Positions 1 to 13,369 of a stretch of DNA of 64,000 nt are shown piece by piece. A program made the translations under genes and the position numbers. The stretch is from Anthoceros angustus (taxonomy: Eukaryota; Plantae; Anthocerotophyta). How positions within the stretch are numbered: position 1 is the first letter of the stretch; each line of letters begins with the position of its first letter. The notes beneath the pieces are model-generated. The model ran no database searches and was not told where the DNA came from. It saw nothing but the letters and a program-made list of their open reading frames with translations. The stretch covers positions 558,001-622,000 of the forward strand of contig MU008188.1 in NCBI GenBank assembly GCA_010909165.1. The letters run 5' to 3'.

Positions 1-3000
1 GTCACGGTAGCCGCCGCCCGATGACCAAATCGCGGTGCAACCTCTCGCCTCGCGAACATGCTGCCGTCGCCGGCGGCGCATCGTGCGCCGGCCGCCCTTC
101 CTCCACTTGTGCGCCGTGCGGCCGGGCGACCATCCACCTCGCCGCCTCACCGATCGTGCCGATGGCCCGCGTCCACGCTCTCACGTCGGTAGCGCAAACT
201 CGAATGGATCATACTCACGCACACACAAGACTTGTGAGGCTCACCACAGGGCGCCGGCCGCAGCTTACATTTCCACCTGGATGCCCCATTGCATTTTCAC
301 CATGCCACATTGCTTACATTTCCGTGAGGCCACATAGCCCGCTCGTGCACCGTCGTTGTGGGCGGCGTATGCCTCCTTGAGCCGTACCCAAGCATGGCGT
401 GGGCAATGGAGACCGCCACTGTGCAATCCACCACGCAATCAGCGAGGTTTGAGAATTCATGGTGACCCGCGGATCGACGCCGCGCTGCGGTGACCACCTC
501 TCCCACTTGGTGCACCTCCACGGATATCGGCGTCAGCGCCTCCCAAGGTGGGTGCGCCAATCGGTTGATCACCGCCGCGGCAGCTTCCACCACCTTCCGT
601 TCGGACGGCTCGGTTGTCCATGGCGTCCCCACTCCTCCCCTCCCGCCCTCCTCGCGCCCCGCCGTCCGCGCATGTGCGGCGATCCTTCGCGTGGGCGCCT
701 TCCGGCGGCGTTTCGCCGGGGCAGTCACGGTAGCCGCGCTTGACCAATCGCCGGTGCAACCTCTCGCCTCGCGAACATCGTCGCGGCGGCGCATCGTCTT
801 TGCCCGGCCGCCCTTCCTCCATTCGTGCGGCTGCGGCCGGGCGACCCTCCACCTCGCCGCCTCGATCGTCGTGCGCGGTGGCGCGTCCGCCGCTCTCACA
901 GGTCGGCGCAAACTCGAATGGATCATACTGCACACACACAAGACTTGTGAGGCTCACCGAGCCGTGACATTTCAATGCCCCATTTACATTTCACCGGATG
1001 CCACATTGCTTGTTTCACCTTTGCCACATAGCCCGCTCGTACATCGTCGTTGTGGGCGGCGTCACGCCTCCTTGAGCCGTACCCAAGCATGGCGTGGGCA
1101 ATGGAGACCGCCACTGTGCAATCCACCACGCAATCAGCGAGGTTTGAGAATTCATGGTGACCCGCGGATCGACGCCGCGCTGCGGTGACCACCTCTCCCA
1201 CTTGGTGCACCTCCACGGATATCGGCGTCAGCGCCTCCCAAGGTGGGTGCGCCAATCGGTTGATCACCGCCGCGGCAGCTTCCCACCACCTTCCGTTCGG
1301 ACGGCTCGGTTGTCCATGGCGTCCCCACTCCTCCCCTCCCGCCCTCCTCGCGCCCCGCCGTCCGCGCATGTGGGCGATCACTCGTGGGCGCCGGCAGCGT
1401 TCCGCCTCCCGGGGGCAGTCACGGTAGCCGCCGCCCGATGACCAAATCGCGGTGCAACCTCCGGTCGCCTCGAACATGCTGCGTCGCCCGGGCATCGTCT
1501 TTGCCCGGCCGCCTTCCTCCCGCCCGGCTGCCTCGGCCGGGCGCCGCGACCCTCCACCTCGCCGCCTCCACGATCGTCGTGCGGTGGCAGCGTCCCGCCA
1601 CGCTCTCACAGGTAGCGCAAACTCGAATGGATCATACTCCACAAGACTTGTGAGGCTCACCACAGGCGCCGGCCGCAGCTTACATTTCCACCTGGATGCC
1701 CCATTGCTTACATTTCCACCTTTGGATGCCACATGCTTTCACCTTGTGTAGTCGCGGTCGTTGTGGGCGGCTGCCTCCCGAGCCGTGCCCAAGCATGGCC
1801 GTGGGCAATGGAACGCCGCTGTGCAATCCACCGCAATCAGCGAGGTTTGAGAATTCATGGCCTGCGGATGCGGCATCGCGCTGCAGGCGACCACCTGTCT
1901 CCACTTCGGTGCACCTCCACGAGATATCGGCGTCTGCGCCCCTCCCAAGGTGGGTGCGCCAATCGGTTGATCCGCCACCGCCGCGGCGACTTCCACACCA
2001 CCTTCCGTTCGGACGGCACGGGTTGTCCATGGCCTCTCCCACTCCTCCCCCCTCCGTCGTCGCCATGGCTCCCTTCCTGGCGCCCCTCCTCCTCCCTCCC
2101 CGCCTCCCGTTTCACGCACCATCATGGCGGGCATTGAATGTGCGGAATCATATGTCCACTTGCGGCCTCGGGATCGTGAGATCCCCAGCGGCGCCTTTCG
2201 CGCCGCCTTTCATTCGCACATTCCGCATCATCATAGCGTGGCGGCATATGGCATGTTTCACCACCTTCCGTCCGGCGTGTGCAGTGCGATGCCATGCGAG
2301 CTGCTACTCGGTTTCACCGTGCATTTTCAGCAAACATTGAATGTGCGATCGCGCCGCGCACACCTTAGCGATCCGCAACTTAGCGGCGGCACCTCTCCAC
2401 GGCCTCCTCGCGCCGTCTGCGGCATCCCGCCGCCCCTCAACCCTTACTTGCATTGGCGTTCACCATCATCGCTCCGCACCATCACGCCATTCCCAACGCA
2501 ACCACCATTACAATTTTGTGCCTTCACGGCCGGCATGGTTACCGCTTCCGCCTCGCTTTTCGCATCCACCTACTCGAACATGGTTCTCTCGCGGTTGATA
2601 TCCGGAACAACGCTCCGTCTTCTCATTCCATTCCATTTCTCCATACCGCACGAAATCAACCAATTCATAATACCTCATAGGCCACCTCTCCACAGGTCGG
2701 TGAGCAAACTCGAATGGATCATACTCACACACACAAGACTTGTGAGGCTCCAACCCGACCGCGCAATGCTTACATTCCGCGATGCCCCATTGCATTTCCT
2801 GTGGATGCCACATTGCTTACATTTCACATAGGCCACATAGCCCGCTGTGCACAGCCGGTCGTTGTGGGCGGACGCCTCCTTGAGCCGTGCAAAGCATGGC
2901 CGTGGGCAATGGAGACGCGCTGTGCAATCCACCACGCAATCAGCGAGGTTTGAGAATACATTCATGGCCACGCAGATCACGCGCCAGCGCTGCGGTGACC

Positions 3001-3770
3001 ACCTCTGTCTCCACTTGTGCACCTCCACGGATATCGGCGTCTGCGCCCCTCCCAAGGTGGGTGCGCCAATCGGTTGATCACCGACTTCCCACCACCTTCC
3101 GCCGGCGTTGCTCACGGTTGTCCATGGCCTCCACTCCTCCCCTCCCCTCCCCTCCTGGCTCCCTTCCGCCCCGCACCTCCTCCTCCATCGCCTCCCGTTT
3201 GAGCACCATCATGGCGGGCATTGAATGTGCACGGAATCATATGTCCACTTGCACGGCCTCGATCGTCGAGATCCCCAGCGGCGCCGCCATTCGCCGCCTT
3301 TCATTCGCACATTCCGCATCATCATAGCGTGGCGATATGCGCGACATGTTTCACACCTTCCGCCGTCCGGCGTGTGCAGTGCGATGCCATGCGAGCTACA
3401 TGCGGCCTCGGTTCTGCCGTGAATTTTCAGCATTGAATGTGCGATCGCGCACGCATCGCACACCTTAGCGATCCGCAACTTAGCGGACTCCGGACGTCTG
3501 CGACCATCTGCGAAGCCGCCGCCCTCCAACTGCTGGCGTTCGGCTCCGCCGCACCATCACGCCATTCCCAACCGCAACCACCATTACAATTTTGTGCCTT
3601 CACGGCACGCGGTTACGCTTCCGCCTCGCACTCGCATCCACCAAGTACGCCATAACATGGTTCTCCGTCGCGGTTGATATCACGGAACAACGCTCCGTCT
3701 TCTCATTCCATTCCATTTCTCCATACCGAAATCAACCAATTCATAATACCTCATAGGCCACCTCTCACGG
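1..3770. repeat. Nested tandem duplications: ~710-bp unit x3 overlapping a ~1.09-kb unit x2
   Basis: Anchor GCAAACTCGAATGGATCATACT recurs at ~194, 908, 1617 and 2704. GAGGTTTGAGAAT recurs at ~444, 1139, 1842 and 2945. Block ~2070-2695 recurs at ~3150-3765. Copies differ mainly by small indels. Confidence 0.93.
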
Positions 3771-4400
3771 TCGGTGGCACTCGATGCGTGCACATGGGAA
3801 AACCAAATCCTAAGGTCGTCCAGTTCGGCACCTCTCCTTTCGGTACCTCTTCCATCCGGCAAGCGAACACTTGGTGCATGAAAATGTGGCACTCCACGGT
3901 CGGTAGGCACTCTCGCGATAATTTGTCCACCGCCACTCCATCCGGTCCGTCCCTCGGGGCAGTCGTCTGAGGCAAGTTTCTGGATAGCCCTCTGTCGCGG
4001 ACACGGCTTTGATGGTCCTCCACAAATGCCAAGAACTCGGACAGCTCCCGGTTGATGGGAACCATAGGCCACGCGAGAATGTACTCGCCGAGCTTTGCAT
4101 CTCCCATTCCTCCGCCGCCCTTCCTCCGCCCCCCCTCCGCACATGGCCGTGCCCGCAAACATGCGCATCCGGCGTGATTTGCGGTCATCTGGCATGGCTC
4201 CGACTACCTACTCACTGGCCACACTCTTCAAGCGCAACCGCCACCGAACACACCAACCCACAGGCGCCGCCTCGCTCATCGCCGGCGATCTTGTGTTCCT
4301 CATCCTCCTCCACGGCACGGGCGTCGGGCGCGTTGCCCACCACACCACCGCCACCGGCCGCGCCTTCCTTGCACGTAATGCGCACCCTGTTTCCCTTCCG
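1..4400 (-). pseudogene. Frameshifted uncharacterised coding segment A (Cys-rich), internally duplicated
   Basis: Protein-like minus-strand fragments: MGDAKLGEYILAWPMVPINRELSEFLAFVEDH (ORF 3751-4188), INRLAHPPWEG, HEFSNLADCVVDC, GYVAYVKCKQCG and CEYDPFEFA, recurring in the repeat copies. No recognisable family. Confidence 0.4.
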
Positions 4401-4494
4401 ACCACCAGCGGCGTCCCTTCCATCCCTTCTCCGCAGGTTCGGACGCCCGCGGACCCACGCGGTGGCACCATCTGTCAAACCAACTCCTTTTTCC

Positions 4495-5560
4495 CGTGAA
4501 CATGTCTACCTGATCTTTGTGTCATGGCGCAATCCATCTTTGTGCATCGTGAAGCATGTTCGCGGTACTATGACACATATAGGTCATCGCATCTACATAG
4601 AAAAACCTATCATAACCCAAGGAAAAGGTGCACATGGCATGCACAGGTATGTATGCATCATGCATGGTTCCCATGTGATGCGTGAACATGTCTACCTAGA
4701 TCTTTGTGTCATGGCGCAATCCATCTATCTGCATCGTGCATGTTCGCGGTACTATGACACATATAGGTCATCGCATCTACATAGAAAAACCTAAACACCA
4801 TAACCCAAGGAAAAGGTGCACATGGCATGCACATGGTATGTATGCATGATGCATGGTTGCAATGTGATGCACGTGAACATGTCTACCTAGATGCTGTGCC
4901 ATGGCGCAATCCATCTATTTGCATCGTGACGTATGTTCGGCACGGTACTATGACACATATATAGGTCATCGCATCTACATAGAAAAAACCTAAACACCAT
5001 AACCCAAGGAAAAGGTGCACATGGCATGCACATGGTATGTATGCATGATGCATGGTTGCCATGTGATGCACGTGAACATGTCTACCTACATGCTGTGTCA
5101 TAGCGCAAACCATCTTTCTGCATCGTGATGTATATATGGCACGGTACTATGACACATATATAGGTCATCGCATCTACATAGAAAAACCTAAACACCATAA
5201 CCCAAGGAAAAGCACATGGCATGCAAGGTATGTATGCATGATGCATGGTTGCATGTGATGCGTGAACATGTCTCTACCTAGATCTTGTGTCACGGCTATC
5301 TATCGCATCGTGAACATGTTGGCGCGGTACTATGACACATATATAGGTCGCATCTACATAGAAAAACCTAAACACCATAACCCAAGGAAAAGGTACACAT
5401 GGCATGCACATGGTATGTATGCATGGCATGGTTCATGTGATGCACGTGAACATGTCTACCTAGATCTTGTGTCATGGCGCAATCCATCTATGCATCGTGA
5501 AGCATGTTCGGTACTATGACACATATATAGGTCATCGCATCTACATAGAAAAACCTAAAC
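4495..5560 (+). repeat. ~190-bp CATG/TGCA-rich tandem satellite, ~5.5-6 copies
   Basis: GTGAACATGTCTACCTAGATC...CATCTACATAGAAAAACCTAAACACCATAACCCAAGGAAAAGG units start at ~4497, 4682, 4873, 5072, 5262 and 5446. Confidence 0.95.
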
Positions 5561-6420
5561 ATGAAGGACCATGTAATGCATAAATATCATTTGTTCAAGG
5601 CCAAGGACAAGTATGATAATAATAAACCCAAAGTGTCCTTGGGTGTGAGGTGTACGTGATTCAACTGTTTCCTTGGTCTTGACATCGCGAGAAACATGTC
5701 TATATATGTGGCTTCCTACCCATTCATTATTCGATTGTAGAAGTTTGTTTGCATGGAAGGCATCCATACGCCCCCATGCACAAGCGACAAGGTCTTCTCT
5801 TCTTTCTCTCTATGACCTTTGGGATCCGCATTTCATGGGAGCCTCGGTCCAACCCTTGCTACGTGTTTCCCGGTCTTGACTTAGCGAACATGTTGGCATA
5901 CCACTTGCCATATGCCATGTTTTCAAGGTGCATGTGATGTGGCTGTGCATTGAATGTATGGCATGCACATGGTGTATGCATGATGTATGGTTGGCATGGT
6001 GTGTAGACATGCCTAGGTAGATCTTTGTGTCATGCCACAATGAATCCATGTGCATCGTGATGCATGTGGCATCGTACCATACACATATGTAGTGTTGCGA
6101 ATATATATCGAATACTGAACAACATAACCCAATGAAAAGGGCGAGTACGTTGTTTATCGCATACATATCATTTGTTCAAGGCCAAGGACAAGTAGGTTTT
6201 AAATAGACCTATAGTGTACCAGTGAGGTGCACGTGATTCAACTTTGTTTCCTTGGTCTTGTTGACCGAACATGTCTATATATGTGGCACCCTACCCATTC
6301 ATTCTTGGATTGTAGAAGTTTGTGCATGGAAGGCATCCATACTTGCCATGCACCTTGTCTTCTTTCTCTTGTGACCTTTGGGATCCATGGGGCGTTAGGC
6401 AACCAACTTGATCGTGGCGC
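5560..6420. repeat. Degenerate duplicated spacer block (TTGTTCAAGGCCAAGGACAAGT...) with diverged satellite units
   Basis: ~5585-5830 is repeated at ~6165-6390, and satellite-like sequence lies at ~5930-6140. Confidence 0.8.
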
Positions 6421-6779
6421 CTTGGTCAAATGCAGCTTGCTTCTCTCTGAATGGACCATTGTTCATGTGTTCATATAACGAATATGCACCTCCTTCATTA
6501 TCATTGTCATTCGAGGAGGGAGGCGGCGAGGAGGCAAGCCTGCGTCATCTTGTATCGCAAGTGCATTGTGTTATATGCGGTCGTTCGTCCATTCATTCAA
6601 CCTCGTCAATTGCATTCAACATGCAATTGCCATGTTCCGCATGTTATGCATTTCACCAATGTAAGGCATTATGATTCATGAAATTTATTTAGGCATTTTC
6701 GCCTGATTCATAGCACATTGTAGGTATTCGCATTTTAGGCATTGTTGGTTGTGGTCGGCATTTTCGGCTTTTGGTTTGT

Positions 6780-7080
6780 TGGGTGGGGTGGTTGCGGTTG
6801 GGGTTGCTGGTGTGGGTTGGCGGGTTGGCGGGTGGGGCGGTTTGTCTGGTGGGGCGGGCCTTGGCGGGTGGGGCATCTGGGCGGGGCAACCATGCCATCG
6901 AAAAATGTGAAGTGCGGATGGGCTGCGTTGGCGGGTTGGCGGGTTGGCGGGCGTAAGCGGGAGGACCCCTGGCGGGATGGTGAGGATGTGGGGTGACCAG
7001 ACAAATCTCCATGAGGCCGGGAAGGCCAAGGCAACCATGCCATCGAAAAATGTGAAGTGCGGATGGGCTGCGTTGGCGAG
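6780..7080 (+). repeat. G-rich tract with GGGTTGGC units and a duplicated ~49-mer
   Basis: Dense GG/GGG/GGGG runs at 6781-6960. GGCAACCATGCCATCGAAAAATGTGAAGTGCGGATGGGCTGCGTTGGCG occurs at ~6886 and ~7030. Confidence 0.85.
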
Positions 7081-7104
7081 CCAATATGGGCCATGTCACG
7101 GATT

Positions 7105-9350
7105 TTATGGCAAGCAATATGGGATGGACTTCATGAGCGACCGCAGAACATGGCGGACTACGGAAGGGATATTAATGCATAGCCGATGGTGCATAGAATA
7201 TGGCGGATGCCTAAAAGGCATGAGGTAGGATGTCCGGATGGTTGTGCAGCGTGCGGGCAAACGCTGTCGGCTCGCTACGCACCTCCCACGTTGTGACCGC
7301 TCGCGCAGCCATGGACATCGGATGCCAATTGCATTTGAATAAGCAAGGGGCACAATGAATTGTTCCACAACGTCATTGGTGCGGTCCGGACACCAATGCT
7401 CGGGCCAGTTGATTAGCGCGCTTCCACACCATAGTTTATTACATATCGGACCCAATATGTTATTGGGACACGTCATATGCAGATCTTATGTGGCGGAAGG
7501 AACCATGATCCGGGACCACGGTGGCATGTTTGGCCCGGCCGCGGAAGTCAAAGCGATCCACTATGTCATGTCCGCAACCAGGTGAGAGGAAGGATCGGCA
7601 ACGCGCGATGAGGGTGTTGAGTGGCGGTATGCGGCTGCAAGATGGGGCGGTAGCGGTACGCGTGTGGAGAGTTTTGCAGCCACATAGTCGCAATGCACGC
7701 ATATCGTGAGCACCAGCGCTCCATAACGAATCGTCGCCCATGCCGTGCCCGGCGTATGTCGAGGCGGGGACGAGGAATATCGTCAATGATTTCAGTTTCC
7801 TTGGCAACCCACTCACTTGACCAGCGCAATGCTTGCGGGCATCACGCCATCGATCTCCTTCCACATGCGCGCGTCCGTCCCCGGCGCGCCACATTGGTTG
7901 GCGGTGCGATGGGCCAAGCGGCCAAGCGCGGGTCTTACAGCACCATGGCGTCTAGGAAGACACGTGAGCATTGCACCTCTCAACCGGGCAGCACGAGGAA
8001 GAAATTGTGGGCACACAATTCTTGCTCGCACGAAGGAGAAGACGGATCGCCAAGAATATGCCCCCATGTAAGGTCATCGGCCGATCGCTCCCCTCCGGAT
8101 GCGAGGCGGCCTTCGGACGCCGCCATCGCGCCGTTCGCGCACCGCGCGGGCGTGCGCCGCGAGGCGGCGCACCTCTTCACGGCGGCGTCGATCCCAGCGG
8201 CGCGGACTACGGAAGGGATATTAATGCATAGCCGATGGTGCATAGAATATGGCGGATGCCTAAAAGGCATGATGGTAGTAGGATGTCCGGATGGTTGCGG
8301 TGCGGGGCACACCGCAACGCTTGCCTTTCTCGAGCGCACCTCCCACTGGTGACCTCGCTCGGCGCCCATGACATCGGATGCCGGGCATTTGAATAAGCAA
8401 GGGGCACAATGAATTGTTCCACAACGTCATTGGTGCGGTCCGGACACCAATGCTCGGAGGCGGGCGATAGCATCATTCGCTTTCCAATAGTTTGTTAAGA
8501 TATCGGACCCAATATGTTATTGGGACACATCTGTCACATCTTCGCAAGTGTGACGCGGAAGGAACCATGATCGCCGGGACCACGGTATGTTTGGCGGCTA
8601 CGGCGCGGAAGTCAAACGCGCGATCCACTATGTCATGTCCCGCTGCAGAACCGGTGAGAGAGGAAGGATGCGGCAACGCGATGAGGGTGTTGAGTGGCAG
8701 CGCGCATCGCTGCAAGATGGGGCGGCGCGTTGCAACGTGTGGAGAGTTTTGCAGCCACATAGGCTGCGCAACGCATATCGTGAGCCAAAACATTGCCGGG
8801 CCATACATCAATCGTCATGCGGTGCCGGTATGTCGGGCGGGGCCACGGAGGAATATCGTCAATGATTTCGCTTTCCTTGGCTGCGACCCCCTCCCCGAAC
8901 CGCGCGCAATGCTTGCGAGCATGGCGGCCATCGATCTCCTTCCTGGCCGCGCGTCGTCCCACCGCCGAGGCGCTCGCGTTATTGGCGGGCGGTGTGAAGC
9001 GCGGTCTTCCACAGCACCATGGCGTCTGAAGACAACGTGAGCATTGCACCTCTCAACCGCCAGGCGGCACGAGGAAGAAATTGTGGGCACAATTCTTGCT
9101 CGCACGAAGCGAAGACGGCGGATCGCGGAATATGCCCCCATGTAAGGTCATCGATCGCATCCCCTCCGGATAGGCGGCCTTTGGTGGGCCCCGCATCGCC
9201 GGTTCGCGCACCCGAGCCGGGCGTAATTGCGCCGGGCGGCGCGCACTCCAGCGTGATGCCCATATCGCGCGGCTCGCCTCGGCCGCCATCGTCGGATCGC
9301 CGGAGGTTCAACGTGGGCGTCCCGGTGGCCCATCCACATATGGCGGAGAA
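7105..9350 (-). pseudogene. Frameshifted uncharacterised coding segment B, present as a ~1.05-kb tandem duplicate
   Basis: Minus-strand fragments occur in both copies (starting 7153 and 8202): DLTWGHI..CEQELCAHNFFLV, KETEIIDDIP, MWLQNSPH, EHWCPDRTNDVVEQFIVPLAYSNA and MPFRHPPYSMHHRLCINIPSVVR. Confidence 0.4.
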
Positions 9351-9779
9351 TGGGTGGGCGGATCATCGCATCCGCCGCACGGGGGGAGGATGGAGACGGC
9401 GCAGTGAGCGGGCGCCTCCTGCGGGCGCGTTGGGACAATCCCATTCACGCGCTCGGAATCACGCTGCCGGTATAGGCCCGGAAGAAGCAAAAGAGGCCGC
9501 GCTCGGATGGCGAGCGGCGCGCTCACAAAGGCTAGACAAGGCTTGCAAGGCGAACAACATTGTTGGGGTGCGAGCTCTATTAAGCTGCCGTGATCGAGCT
9601 GAGCCTACGTGATTGCATCGCGCCCAAGTCCGGTGTATCGGCGACATTCTGTCAATTCCCCGTGCCGCGTCACAGTCTTGTGGTGATGCAAATCTGCATA
9701 CAGGGGCGTGGGCAGCAATTTACACCTCTGCATTGCGGAGTGCGAGGGGAGGCGCGGCGTCGCCCTTGAGGTTTACGAT

Positions 9780-12778
9780 TGGGTCGGAGGAGGAAGAAGT
9801 GGATGTCACCGATGGGATGGAGGCGGGCGGTGGCGGTGGTCGTGGTCGCTGGAGGAGAGTTCAACAACGCCGTCGTCGGCATCCCCGACCTTGAGGCACC
9901 CGCGCATCCCACCTCGACCTCGGGACATGTGGGAGGAGGCACAATTTCCTCTCCCCAGGCCAGCAGCAGCGGCCAGCGCCAGCTGTGGTGGGGCTGCGCA
10001 CGTGGGCGGGCGGGCGGGCGGGCGGGCGGGGCCCGCAGCGTGCCCGTTCATGGAAGCGCCTCGCGGAGCGGAGCGGAAGAGGCTCACTGCATGGCAACGG
10101 ACCTTCTTAGTTGTGGAAGAGCTCCGGACACACCACCGCAGGTGGGAAGGCGCGTGCGGCCGGGTGAATCGGCGCCAGAGGAGGTTCTTTCTTGAAATTT
10201 TGGGTCACTTGCGGAGAAGGCAATGGCGAATGGCGGGCGAGATGCGGGCGCTCTTGCAAGGCAACATCTTGTGGAGGCGCGGTACGAACTCGGCGAAGGG
10301 CTCGCCGCATCCGATGGTGCAAGGCATGGACGGCCGGAAATGTTCGACACGCCACCATCCGGGGTTCTTCGCCGCGCGCGTCTCCACCGGGCTGGTCCGC
10401 CTTCGAGACATACGCGACCGCTGACCTTCGATCCATGACGGCGGAAGAGTTGCGTGACGGAATAGCACCAACTTGAGGTTCGCGATGGATGAGGAGAGAT
10501 GCTCCGCACCGCCACCGCGCAGGTCGCTTCGAGGCGGCGAGGCGGCGGAGAAAGGGCGGCGAGCCGCGCTTATGGCATTCCCGCGGCGGAGGCGCGATGC
10601 CGCATGCTGCGGTTTTGATGACCGAGAAGGCTCAGATGCCGTCCGAGCGGGCGGGGCGGCGATTCGAGGACATCCTAACCCTCGGTGAGCGGCCGTCATG
10701 CCATTATTTGCATGGTGCCTCGATGGGGTTGAACGACGGCTTGGTGATTGCAGTTGAGGCGGGCATGGAGTGCCAACAACTGCTCGACAATTTCCGCGGC
10801 GGGGAGGGACCTTTCCACCGCTTAGAGTGCGATCGCACTGCACGGGACATCGTGATGTAGTCCACGAGGTTGGAGCGATGGGCCGGGCCTACGGACGGTG
10901 CATCGAGGCTGGAAGCAGTGAGTCGCCGTCATTTGTGGACGGCGTGTTCGAACGCAACGTTCGCGGTGCTACATTACCACATCGCCACGAGTGCATCCGA
11001 CCCCTGACGCAACATGGTAAGATATTTGGTCATTGATGCAAAATGTGCAGTCGACGGCAGCGGATGCCTCCTTGCGAGCCATGTTCTTGAGCTCTACATC
11101 TGTGGCAAATGGCATTGAGGTGAGTCGTCCCATGACATTTGCCACACTCGCGCCGCACTAGGGAGCCAAAAGGATGGCGTGCACAAGGAGTGGAAGGATG
11201 CGGGCCGCAGAGAGGGCGTTGAAGAGGGCTTTTAAGGCGGATATGTTGACAACCACCCACTCATGGCCATCCTCCAAGAAGCGCGGGGCTCGGCGGGCGA
11301 AGAGGAGGCGGCGATTTCATCGGCCGTTGGTCGATGGCGGCGGGCTCCGGATTTTTCAAGCATGTGGCCGACAAGCCCTCGCATGTCAGGGGCGGCGGTG
11401 GCGCGCTCGGAAGAAGGTGTGACCGCTTTTATTCACCGAGTGCTGCGTTGGCGGGTGGGTGGGAGAGGGTTCCGGCATGTGGTGCACACCGACAAGAGGG
11501 CCATGTTGGAGTGTCTAGGGAGTGCGTTTGAGAGTGTCACCAAGTTCTTCACCGCCACGCATGGATGCAGGCGCGTTCTGGCGGAGTGAGATTCGAGGCG
11601 TGCTTGCGCTTAGAGAAATGTTCGTCGAGAGATGTCATTCGGCGATAGAGCGCTGTTCACCTTCATCACACGAGTTTACTTGGCGCGATGCCAATGGTGG
11701 TCGGGCAAGTTCCCCGCATTTGGGCGCCTCGAGGGGCGTGCTCGCACTCTCCCGCTCTGTCTCAAGCTCGTGATGGCCACGCGGTGGCGGCCATCCGCAT
11801 GAACTCCGTGTATGGGAACGCTTGAAAGGCCGGCCTCGAGTCGGACTGCGTTTCATTAGAGGCAAGTGGTTTTGTTGTGTTTGTCGGCCCCGCACAAGAG
11901 GGCACTAATGTGAAGAGACTTTGAGCTGTCACTCACTTTCTTTGCGATGGCGGATCACGAAAATGGAAACAGCGCACCCATGTGGAGCAGGCGCCTCGAC
12001 GTGAATTGCTTTCCGTCACCAATTGAGAATGGATGCGAAACAAGGTCGGGCGCAATAATACGGAAACCGTAGGGTTGGCGGTGGCATGCGGGCCAGTCGA
12101 ATGGCGGAACGAAGTGCACGCCGAGGTTCCAATCGGCGCGCCCGACAATCACAATGGGCAAATGGAAAGAGGTGCAAGGTTTTGAGGCGGAAGGTCTTCC
12201 ATGGAGCGTGCACGATGGCGCATCGCGAGGGTGGTGCAACGCCGAGCAAGGTTGTTGTCATTGCGACAATCCGGGTGGACAGCTCAAAGTTTTCTTGGCC
12301 GGATCTCAGCGACGCGGAGAAGAAGACAAGCTGCAGAAGTGTGACGTGGAAGTGCGGTCAGGTTCCGTCAGGTGCTCCTCGGGATGAGACAGGCGGTAGC
12401 CACGCATTCAGTGCCGGTGAGGTCTTGGGCATGACGCCGAGGAGTTTGGTGCGTGTGGAAGACGGGATGCGGCGCGTCTGCGGATGCGGAGGAAGGCGCT
12501 TTGGTGCATCATCTGGGTGAGCCCACTCGCACGCACACCATCCGTCGTGCACTGCCGTGCCTTATGCGGTGGGAGGAAGGTCCTTGAATGTCAGTGGAGG
12601 CGGGCGGCGACGGGAGGAGAGGCGCAGGAATGGCCTCAAGGAGGTGCATTTTTTATTGCGGCGCCGCAATCACCGGAGGCATAGCGTGAACTTGCACAGG
12701 GTGGCGATGGCGGCAGTGCTGCTCATAATAGCAATGGCCGCGATCGCGAGTGGAAGAGTGGTTGTGGAATGGCGGTAG
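9780..12778 (+). pseudogene. Frameshifted uncharacterised coding segment C (~3 kb)
   Basis: Purine- and GC-rich stretch with chained protein-like ORFs, e.g. RKRLTAWQRTFLVVEELRTHHRRWE, HYLHGASMGLNDGLVIAVEAGMECQQLLDNF and KRAMLECLGSAFESVTKFF. No known domain recognised. Confidence 0.35.
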
Positions 12779-12911
12779 GAAGGCGGGGTGTCGCGGTGGT
12801 GTAATCGGTCCAAAGCCACGAATTTGCTCTCGTAGTGGTCGTGGTCCAAAGCACAACGACTTGGTGTTTCGTTTTCATGTCAGATCATGTCGAACTAGTC
12901 CTCGACGGCCC

Positions 12912-12945
12912 AATGACGAAAACAACATCAGTTGTTTTCGTCATT
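12912..12945. other. Perfect 15-bp hairpin with 4-nt loop
   Basis: AATGACGAAAACAAC-ATCA-GTTGTTTTCGTCATT, inside a larger imperfect palindrome at ~12885-12960. Confidence 0.95.
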
Positions 12946-13369
12946 CGACTAGATACATGATATTTTCTTGACGTCAAAGGCCAAGGACTAAAATGTAATC
13001 TGGATTGACGAATGGTCCGAATGTAAGGTCCGATTCATGTGTAGGAAGAAAATCCATTTCCCAACTACACGGTACTTGCCTATCCGCCGCCCGCCTATAT
13101 ATCGAAGACAAGGCCTTCCCTTTGGACCATCCCGTCATGAAAGGGAAAATACTCATTGGCCTTTGGAGCTTTCACATTGGCAATGAAGGGAACAAAACTC
13201 CTTGGCCTTTGCACCAATATGTCAATCAATGAATGGAAGGAAGACCTTGGCCTTTGGACCAAACCGAGAATCACCAAATGAAACGAAGTACCTATGCGAC
13301 CATTGCGGCAGCAGCTTGCGGCGCATAGGTGCGCCCATTGCGACAACCACACGACGGCCTCCCACTAGA

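Noticed and set aside
7105-9350. Segment B as a Ulp1-like protease (EQFIVPLAY resembles the strand before the catalytic His)
   Set aside because: No convincing HW, D or QxxxxDCG motifs could be found in either copy.
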